From Planctomycetota bacterium (GTDB lineage: Bacteria; Planctomycetota; UBA1135), in contig JASFYO010000037.1 of assembly GCA_045047305.1 (NCBI GenBank), forward strand, positions 1 to 39,884: a stretch of DNA of 39,884 bases, written 5' to 3'. The position numbers and the translations under genes are program-made. The notes under the pieces were generated by a model that had not been told where the DNA came from, made no database searches, and saw nothing but the letters and a program-made list of their open reading frames with translations. Positions 1-7,254 of the stretch are shown here, piece after piece. Position 1 is the stretch's first letter. Each line of letters starts with the position of its first letter.

Positions 1-6
1 GTTGCC

Positions 7-54
7 GGGAATCCTACGCCCGCTTGGAGATTCCAAGCAGGCGTATCACTTCCC
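7..54 (-). promoter_or_regulatory. Stable RNA hairpin immediately 3' of atpE (intercistronic stabiliser or attenuator)
   Basis: The minus strand reads TACGCCTGCTTGGA-atc-TCCAAGCGGGCGTA (15..45), a 14-bp stem with one G-U pair that only forms on the minus strand. An outer GGGAA/TTCCC pair spans 7..54. No U-tract follows. Confidence 0.6.
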
Positions 55-62
55 GAAAGGGT

Positions 63-347
<285 letters not shown>

Positions 348-362
348 TTAGGAAGTGGATTG

Positions 363-1205
363 TTAGTGGTCAGGATGTAGGCACATGCCGACAAAGATTG
401 CCGACAGCAACGTAAAGACGTAAGCCTGCAAAAGGGCAACAAAGCCCTCGATGATCATCATGAAGACAGACATGGCGACGACGAGCGGGGATACCGCCCA
501 ACCGACAACATGGCTGCTCTGCCCGAAAAAGAACATCAGGCCGAGAAATGAAAGGACGACCAAGTGGCCTCCAGTCATGTTCGCCATCAGACGCATGGTC
601 AAGGCGAAGGGTTTAATAACGAGGCCGGCAACTTCAAGCACGAAGAGCAACGGCCACAATACGGCAGGGACACCAGATGGGACCAAGTTAATCCAGAACT
701 TCACTGGCCCTTGAACCATCATGCCGCCAACGAGCATGACAATCAGAGTCATAATGGCGAGACCAGCGGTTACATAAATACTGGCGGTCGCGGTTAGGCC
801 GAATGGAATCAGGCCAAACAAGTTCATAAAGGTAATAAAAAAGAAAATGGACAAGAAAAGTGGCAATAGCTTGCGGCCGTCCTTCTCACCGAGATTGGGA
901 TAAACAACCTCATCGCGCACCCAGGCTACCCAGCCTGCAAAGATTTTCGCGACGCGCCCACCACCGTGACTAACAATGGATTTACGCACTCCACCGAATA
1001 ACAAAAAGATCATCAGAATCGACAGGACTTGGAAAATTGTAACGTTCCAAATCTGGATACCAAAGACCGTAGGCAAGTGATACCCAAATAGTTCCGTCTG
1101 CGGAACTACATGGGAAAACAGATGGTCGAATGGATTCCCCTCACCACCCTCGCTGCTTGTGGCAGCCAGTGTGCTTGTGGATGTTTTTAGGAGGGACGAG
1201 ATCAC
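363..1205 (-). CDS. atpB: ATP synthase F0 subunit a
   Basis: Contains KPFALTMRLMANMTGGH (essential Arg), EGFVALLQAYVFTLL and NLFGLIP. Confidence 0.97.
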   Translation of the reverse strand: MISSLLKTSTSTLAATSSEGGEGNPFDHLFSHVVPQTELFGYHLPTVFGIQIWNVTIFQVLSILMIFLLFGGVRKSIVSHGGGRVAKIFAGWVAWVRDEVVYPNLGEKDGRKLLPLFLSIFFFITFMNLFGLIPFGLTATASIYVTAGLAIMTLIVMLVGGMMVQGPVKFWINLVPSGVPAVLWPLLFVLEVAGLVIKPFALTMRLMANMTGGHLVVLSFLGLMFFFGQSSHVVGWAVSPLVVAMSVFMMIIEGFVALLQAYVFTLLSAIFVGMCLHPDH

Positions 1206-1206
1206 T

Positions 1207-1599
1207 TTAACTAGGTGGAGTGGATTCGTTAGGCGAAGTTAGCGCCGAACGACGATGCCGCGTTGCTTGTGCAATTTGCGGCAAGGAAATGGCTTCGCCG
1301 ACGAAAATCGCGGCGAGAGCAGCAGCCAAGAAGAGTCCCTCAGAGTAGAGACCACTTTTCGCGCCAAGAATGGCACCGATGAAAAGCAAGCTCAGCCGGC
1401 CGAGAAAACCAAAAACCATGACAGCCAAGAACTGATGATTCTGAACTTGTTGCTTCACCACAGAAAGCCGGCGCCTAGCCAGCAACATTTCTGCCATCAG
1501 GCTGGGAACCCAACCAACAGCTAACGCCAAACGCCATTCCAATGGGAAAAGCATAAGGCTGAACAGGCCAAGGGCCAAGATGAGGAAAAACAGTTTCAA
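1207..1599 (-). CDS. ATP synthase protein I-like membrane protein
   Basis: About 4 hydrophobic segments. Sits between the atpZ-like gene and atpB, with an ATGA overlap with the upstream gene. Confidence 0.7.
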   Translation of the reverse strand: MKLFFLILALGLFSLMLFPLEWRLALAVGWVPSLMAEMLLARRRLSVVKQQVQNHQFLAVMVFGFLGRLSLLFIGAILGAKSGLYSEGLFLAAALAAIFVGEAISLPQIAQATRHRRSALTSPNESTPPS

Positions 1600-1910
1600 G
1601 ATTCGGGATCCTCAGACGAGGAATCATCATGCGACCTATCGCTGAGCTTTAATTGCATGCGATAAATCCCAAGACCTAAGCCGAGAAAAACCCCCAGCAA
1701 AAGAAATGCTGGGAAAGACTCGGAGAGGCCTGTCCACTCGTCCAAAAGCCAACCAAGCCAACCAAGTAACGCCACAGCAGCTGAAAATTCGAACCCCAGG
1801 CTACTGAGGCGCGCATATTCATGCATTTGGCGGTTACGGCCGTTTGGTTTTGGAGGCTCCTGGGGGGAGTTGTCGGACAAAATTCTCTTCCGTGGAGGGC
1901 GAAAGAACAT
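1596..1910 (-). CDS. AtpZ/AtpI family protein (ATPase gene 1)
   Basis: Two TM helices with the LGWLGWLLDEW...FLLLGVFLGLGLG pattern. First gene of the atp operon. Confidence 0.85.
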   Translation of the reverse strand: MFFRPPRKRILSDNSPQEPPKPNGRNRQMHEYARLSSLGFEFSAAVALLGWLGWLLDEWTGLSESFPAFLLLGVFLGLGLGIYRMQLKLSDRSHDDSSSEDPES

Positions 1911-2056
1911 GCTCGTGCCTAAGACTTCTTAGGAGCAAGCTGAGAATCGGGGCATATTCTAAAGTGGCCGCTGCATTCATCAATGCGGAAAGTGGCAAAC
2001 TTTGCGAGGAAATCCTATCCTTCTGCGCCCCGGAAACTACTGGGACCCTTTGAATC

Positions 2057-2509
2057 GTGGAAACTACACTCATTCTCCTTAAGCCTGATGCCCTGCATCG
2101 GGGACTCGCTGGCCGCATCTTGACTCGTTTCGAGGAAAAAGGGCTGCAAATGGTCGGGCTCAAGCTCATGACCATGACTCCAGAAATTGCCGCAAAGCAC
2201 TACGCAGAACATGTGGAGCGCCCTTTCTACAAGGGTTTGGTCGAATTCATGACTTGCTCCCCCATTATCGCTTTAGCTCTCCGCGGCCCCGGCGCCGTTG
2301 CTGTCTCGCGCAGCTTGATGGGCAAGACATTTGGGAATGAAGCCGATCCAGGAACCATCCGTGGCGACTTTGGCAATTCTCGCTCCTACAACCTCATTCA
2401 CGGCTCGGACAGCCTGGAAAGTGCAGAACGCGAAATTGGCATCTTCTTCCCCGAAGGCACCGAGGACTGGACCCCGATTACCGCACCGTGGCTCTGGGAC
2501 GGCGAGTAA
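2057..2509 (+). CDS. ndk: Nucleoside diphosphate kinase
   Basis: Contains TLILLKPDA, HYAEH, PGTIRGDF and NLIHGSDS (phospho-His). Confidence 0.98.
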   Translation: METTLILLKPDALHRGLAGRILTRFEEKGLQMVGLKLMTMTPEIAAKHYAEHVERPFYKGLVEFMTCSPIIALALRGPGAVAVSRSLMGKTFGNEADPGTIRGDFGNSRSYNLIHGSDSLESAEREIGIFFPEGTEDWTPITAPWLWDGE

Positions 2510-2538
2510 CCTAGAGAGTCTTTACGACTACTTGCACC

Positions 2539-3537
2539 ATGCCTACGCCCCGGTTTCAACTTGCCGTCCTCCTGCTCCTCGTCTTCACTGCATGCAGTGG
2601 CGCTGAAGTCGACAATGAAGCATCTCGCATCGAGGACTTTCGTAATCGAGCTGCAACCTATTTTAATTCGGGGCGTTACCTTCAGGCCTTTCAACAAGCG
2701 CAACTAGGACTCCAACTAGATGAGGACGATGGCGGGCTGAATCTGCTTGCCGGCCGCGCCTTAGTGATGCAACGCGACCTTGTCCAAGTTTCGCATGCGC
2801 TTCCTTATCTGGAAACGGCACAAGAAGAACTGGATAACTACAAGGCTGACTATTCTCTTGGCGAATTCCATTTCCGTTATGGCTCTATGCTCTTTTCGTT
2901 TGCTCACCACGAGAAGCAGAGCCTTCTGGAGTTTCCAGATTCCGATGTGGCCACCCAGGAGTCGCAAATCGCGCTGTGCGACATCCGGATTGCAAAGGCC
3001 AAAGCGCATTTCCAAACGGCAAATGAGCTATTCACTAGGGTTCTAAAAGTGGTCCCAGCCGATCTTGCCACTTTGGAAAAACGCGGGCAATCACTTGCCT
3101 TGCTTGGGGACAATGATGGTGCATTTGCCGATTTAAGCAGCGCAATCGACTCTTTAACAGAATCCAGGAAATACAAAAACCGGGTCCTTGCTACCGATTC
3201 CAAACTTACCGTTGCACAAGAAGACAGCGTGCGCAGAGACCTCAATGGCGATATTCAGCGCGAGGTAGCCATTCGCTTTCTCCTTGCTGGCATCCTCAAG
3301 CGCGAGAAAGATCCCCGCGCGGAAGAGGAGCAATACAACATCATCCTGGTGCTCGATCCGGATACAGAAGCTGCCTATCATTCTCGTGCGATGTGCCGCT
3401 ATCAACTTGGACGTATCGCAGAAGCATCCGCCGACATGCGCGCCTTTGTTGGACGCACCAACCTTGAGTTTGACACCCCCCAAGTGCGCGAAGCCATGCG
3501 CATTATTGAAGAGTACGACACCCTTCAGGGTGGCTAG
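2539..3537 (+). CDS. Putative TPR-repeat lipoprotein
   Basis: Lipobox-like LLVFTAC. Helical repeats of TPR type, e.g. AATYFNSGRYLQAF and AYHSRAMCRYQLGRIAEA. Confidence 0.7.
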   Translation: MPTPRFQLAVLLLLVFTACSGAEVDNEASRIEDFRNRAATYFNSGRYLQAFQQAQLGLQLDEDDGGLNLLAGRALVMQRDLVQVSHALPYLETAQEELDNYKADYSLGEFHFRYGSMLFSFAHHEKQSLLEFPDSDVATQESQIALCDIRIAKAKAHFQTANELFTRVLKVVPADLATLEKRGQSLALLGDNDGAFADLSSAIDSLTESRKYKNRVLATDSKLTVAQEDSVRRDLNGDIQREVAIRFLLAGILKREKDPRAEEEQYNIILVLDPDTEAAYHSRAMCRYQLGRIAEASADMRAFVGRTNLEFDTPQVREAMRIIEEYDTLQGG

Positions 3538-3583
3538 AACCTGCGCGTTAAAGTTTTTCGAAGCTTACTAGGGAAGCTCTGAT

Positions 3584-4720
3584 TTAGTTCTCGAACTCAA
3601 TAGGCAACTCTAAAAGCTCGCCTTTGCGTTCCACCACAACCACCGTGGACAAAGGCGAGTCGTGAATGGCCTGACCGAGGTCCTGTAAATCACGCGTCAG
3701 GACGCCATTAAGCCGGACCACGATATCGTCGGGCAAGATACCCGCTTGGTCTGCAGGACTACCGGGTGTCACACTGGTGAAGCGCAGTTGCCAGACGTAA
3801 CTAGGCTCCGAGCCCGCGACCTCAACCACGCGTATTTCGGAATTCACCATGACCCCCATCAAACGAATGGTTCCCGTGGAGGGGAAGTATTCAGGGAAGG
3901 AGTGAAAGACTTGCTCAATAGGAATTGCAAAGGAAACACCTTCCGAACGTTTCGCCTCGGCAGCTCCCAGCCCAAGTTCCTCGGCAACTGGAGACTCCCA
4001 TTCGCGGCGATGAACAAGATCGGACAGTGAGGTCATAAGAACCCCGATGACTTCCCCTCGGCGATTCGCTAAAAGGCCACCATTGTCCGCCAAGTTAATC
4101 GGATTGGTGATTTGGAGCAGGCCCTCAGCCTTATCGATAATCCGCCCACGGCCCGAAACTAAACCAAAGTTCATCGAGGACTGGAAACCAAACCCATTTC
4201 CGATACTTACCACAGGAGAGCCTTCCTGCATCCAGGTTCCATTCCAGAACTTCGGTGCCAAACCACGTAGTCCAGGAGCGCGTAATAAAGAAATCCCGTA
4301 ATCCTCATTCCAAGCAAGCAGAGTGGCCTCAAATGGATGGCCATCGACGCGGACAAGGCGAATTTCACTCAAGGAGACTTGGCGCTGTTCCTCGTTCAGT
4401 AAAATGGGCACCACCACCAGGCCATAATTATCCAATACCACACCAGAGGTCACCACCAAGCGCTCCTGGTCAGTGCCTGCCGCTAAGCGGAATTGGGCTT
4501 CCACCAAAGAAGGACTCAAGGTGGAATAAAGAGCCACTAACTCGGCCTCTAACTGCTCCAGGGCCCCCATGCGCTGGATTTCAATATGCCCCTTCCACTC
4601 TCCAATCACCGGCGATGGAACTTCCACCACCAGAATCTCAGCATTTTGCTCCGATTCTGGAGGTTGCGGTACGGGCTCCTGCGCGAACAGAATTCCAATC
4701 AAGGCAAGTACGCCAATCAT
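3584..4720 (-). CDS. HtrA/S1C-like trypsin-fold + PDZ protein, probably catalytically inactive
   Basis: Contains SGVVLD, VVSIGNGFG, GLVSG and LQITNPINLADNGGLL.N..GEVIGV, plus a PDZ motif (PGSPADQAGILPDDIVVRLNG). Triad residues are substituted. Confidence 0.85.
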   Translation of the reverse strand: MIGVLALIGILFAQEPVPQPPESEQNAEILVVEVPSPVIGEWKGHIEIQRMGALEQLEAELVALYSTLSPSLVEAQFRLAAGTDQERLVVTSGVVLDNYGLVVVPILLNEEQRQVSLSEIRLVRVDGHPFEATLLAWNEDYGISLLRAPGLRGLAPKFWNGTWMQEGSPVVSIGNGFGFQSSMNFGLVSGRGRIIDKAEGLLQITNPINLADNGGLLANRRGEVIGVLMTSLSDLVHRREWESPVAEELGLGAAEAKRSEGVSFAIPIEQVFHSFPEYFPSTGTIRLMGVMVNSEIRVVEVAGSEPSYVWQLRFTSVTPGSPADQAGILPDDIVVRLNGVLTRDLQDLGQAIHDSPLSTVVVVERKGELLELPIEFEN

Positions 4721-4747
4721 GACTCTATTTTACGCTTACCGTGAGCC

Positions 4748-5338
4748 CTAGTAAGAACCGCGGTTAGGATTGGTGAGAGAAACAGCAATCGGAGACTCCG
4801 GATCCTGAATCAAAACCTTACCTTGATTGCGATCCAAGAAGTCGAGGGTCTCTTGATCCGAAACCGTTTCCACCACTGGGCTCTCAAATTCGCCTGGTTC
4901 TGAGATAGCAATTGAATCACCATGACTACCCATGTTCAAATTGACCTCGGTCAAGCCAGCATGCTCAGCCAGTCCAGTTGAACTCACCCCATGGCTCAAA
5001 GAAGACCACCACAGCGGAGCGGTTACGCCCACCAGCAAGGCTGCTGCCATCGCCGTAGAGAACAGCGGATGACGATACCAAGCGCGGCCACCGGCAGTAC
5101 TGTGAACGGAAATAGAGCCTTCGCCTATTTGCTCTTCAATCCCCTCCCAGAGACTAGTGGAGCCTGAATACTCATCCTTTAGCAGGAAGAGAGCATCACG
5201 CGCGGAAGCGTAACTCTCGTATTCCGATTCACACAAGCTGCAGGTTTCGAGGTGTGCTTCAAGGGCGGGCACTTCGGAGGCAGGAAGATCGTCTCCGACA
5301 TGGAGAGAAATCTGAATGGTTGCTTCACGACATTTCAC
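4748..5338 (-). CDS. Zinc-finger (zf-HC2/ZAS) membrane anti-sigma factor
   Basis: MKCRE...HLETCSLC carries the HxxxCxxC motif. One TM segment. Overlaps the stop codon of the sigma gene. Confidence 0.9.
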   Translation of the reverse strand: MKCREATIQISLHVGDDLPASEVPALEAHLETCSLCESEYESYASARDALFLLKDEYSGSTSLWEGIEEQIGEGSISVHSTAGGRAWYRHPLFSTAMAAALLVGVTAPLWWSSLSHGVSSTGLAEHAGLTEVNLNMGSHGDSIAISEPGEFESPVVETVSDQETLDFLDRNQGKVLIQDPESPIAVSLTNPNRGSY

Positions 5339-5976
5339 AGGACTTCACCTCCTTCTTCACGACCGAGGGTACGTTCCCACTGATCACGAAAAAGCTTGCG
5401 TGCGTGGTGCAAGCGCCAACGCACAGTTCCGGGGGTAGCACCGACTCGTTCTCCGATTTCGGCACAGGAAAGTGATTGAAGATCACGCAGAATCAAGACT
5501 TCGCGGAACTGATGCGGGAGGGCATCGAGTACACGGCGAACTAATGATTTACGTTCGGTTTCTGATGCCGTAGCCACCGGGCCAGAATCAGAGGCGTTCC
5601 AGTCGCCGACGAGCTCAACAGTACCACCAGGAGTTCCAGGTGCGGTACGACGAACACGATCGACAGCTTGGTTACGCAAGATGCGGTAAAACCAGGTACT
5701 GAACTTTCGCTTTTGATCGAAACGTTCGCGGGCTGCATAGACCTTCAAGAAGGCGTCTTGTGCCACTTCGCGAGCAGTTTCATAACTGCCGACAATCGAA
5801 CGAGCGGTATGAATAGCCTTTCCCTCGTAGCGTTCTACGAGCAACTGGAAGGCATCGCGCTCACCCTCACAGGTGAGTGCAAAAAGTTCCTCGTCGGACA
5901 GGTTGTCCCAAGCGCCTTGTGCGGTTTGGGCCTCTTCTGCGGCGGGAGGGACTAAGCGAAATGCTGGAGCTGCCAT
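5335..5976 (-). CDS. ECF RNA polymerase sigma-70 factor
   Basis: Region 2 (AQDAFLK..FSTWFYRILRN) and region 4 (REVLILRD..LSCAEIG....PGTVRWRLHHARK). Confidence 0.95.
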   Translation of the reverse strand: MAAPAFRLVPPAAEEAQTAQGAWDNLSDEELFALTCEGERDAFQLLVERYEGKAIHTARSIVGSYETAREVAQDAFLKVYAARERFDQKRKFSTWFYRILRNQAVDRVRRTAPGTPGGTVELVGDWNASDSGPVATASETERKSLVRRVLDALPHQFREVLILRDLQSLSCAEIGERVGATPGTVRWRLHHARKLFRDQWERTLGREEGGEVL

Positions 5977-5986
5977 GGTTTACGAC

Positions 5987-6015
5987 AATTTACGCCGCGA
6001 ACCCCCAAGCGTTAG
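5987..6015 (-). promoter_or_regulatory. Putative ECF-type autoregulatory promoter (CTAAC-N16-CGTAAA)
   Basis: AAC-N16-CGTA spacing typical of ECF promoters, upstream of the sigma gene. A near-identical motif occurs at 4727..4755. Confidence 0.45.
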
Positions 6016-6044
6016 TGAGATAAAGCGGGAAAGTGGCGGACGGG

Positions 6045-7175
6045 TCAATTAACACCAGGTTCCCTGCTTGTTTCGGAAGATTCCGGCTCCTTTACCGCCG
6101 ATTCAGCCTTCCGAGACACATCGGTGGCCACCTCAGATGAGGGCATCGAAGTGCCCTGAGAGCTGGCTGGAGCTTCCGTTGCAGGTTTCAGTCCAGCCTC
6201 CACCTTGGCGATATTGCGAAATTTGGCCTCCCTTTGCCGCAAGAGTTCGTCTACCGGCAAAGCCATCAACTCCTCTAACCAACGACTAATCTGGTCACCC
6301 ACCATCTCGATCGCCTTCTCGAACTGGTTATGCGCTCCGCCTACTGGCTCAGGCAGCACCTTGTCCACAATGCCTAAACCAAGAAGATCTGGGCCAGTGA
6401 GACGCAGGGCGTCGGCCGCTTGCTCCTTACCTTCTGCGCTGCGCCATAAGATGGAAGCGCAACCCTCCGGAGAAATCACGGAGTACCAAGAGTTCTCCAA
6501 CATGCCAACCCGGTCTCCAATGCCGATGCCGAGCGCACCGCCGGAGCCGCCTTCACCAATCACGATGACCACAATCGGGACCTTCAGCGCAAACATTGCA
6601 TAGATGCTCTCTGCAATCGCACGGGCTTGACCGCGTTCTTCCGCTGCAACGCCGGGGTAAGCACCAGGTGTATTCACCAAACACAAAATCGGAAGCCCAA
6701 GATGTTCCGCAAGCTTCATCTTGCGCATAGCTTTGCGGTAGCCTTCCGGGTGTGCTGAGCCAAAGTTGCACGAGAGCCGATCCTTGGTATCGCGCCCTTT
6801 GCGGTGCCCTACCAGGAGAACCTTCTGGCCACGAATGGTGCCAAAACCGGTCACCATGGCGCGGTCGTCGCCGTAAACGCCATCTCCGTGCAATTCCACC
6901 CAATCTTGGCACAGGTGAGTAATGTAATCCGAGGTCAGCGGGCGATTAGGATGACGCGCAACCTGCACCCGATTCCAGGCGCTAAGGTCGGAGTAAATCT
7001 CATTGGTGAGACTCTCCAGGCGCTGGCGATAAAAGGCCAACTCCTCGCTGAGATCATGCGTGGTTTTTTCCGCAAGGGTCTCTAGCTCATCGAGCCGGGA
7101 ACGCACATCGTCGATGGGACGCTCAAAGGCAAGCGCCGCAGGACCAACAGGAGCAGATTTCTTCTTTTTCGCCAT
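6045..7175 (-). CDS. accA: Acetyl-CoA carboxylase carboxyltransferase subunit alpha
   Basis: Contains ARHPNRP, ELHGD, PEGYRKA, GEGGSGGALG and YSVISPEGCASILW. The ATG at 7175 is preferred over the GTG at 7184. Confidence 0.97.
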   Translation of the reverse strand: MAKKKKSAPVGPAALAFERPIDDVRSRLDELETLAEKTTHDLSEELAFYRQRLESLTNEIYSDLSAWNRVQVARHPNRPLTSDYITHLCQDWVELHGDGVYGDDRAMVTGFGTIRGQKVLLVGHRKGRDTKDRLSCNFGSAHPEGYRKAMRKMKLAEHLGLPILCLVNTPGAYPGVAAEERGQARAIAESIYAMFALKVPIVVIVIGEGGSGGALGIGIGDRVGMLENSWYSVISPEGCASILWRSAEGKEQAADALRLTGPDLLGLGIVDKVLPEPVGGAHNQFEKAIEMVGDQISRWLEELMALPVDELLRQREAKFRNIAKVEAGLKPATEAPASSQGTSMPSSEVATDVSRKAESAVKEPESSETSREPGVN

Positions 7176-7254
7176 GGAAACCACCTAGCAGCCGTGGTCG
7201 ACTGCCGTGAGACACTTTAGAATAACCGACAGATTCGGGGAAACCCAGACAATC

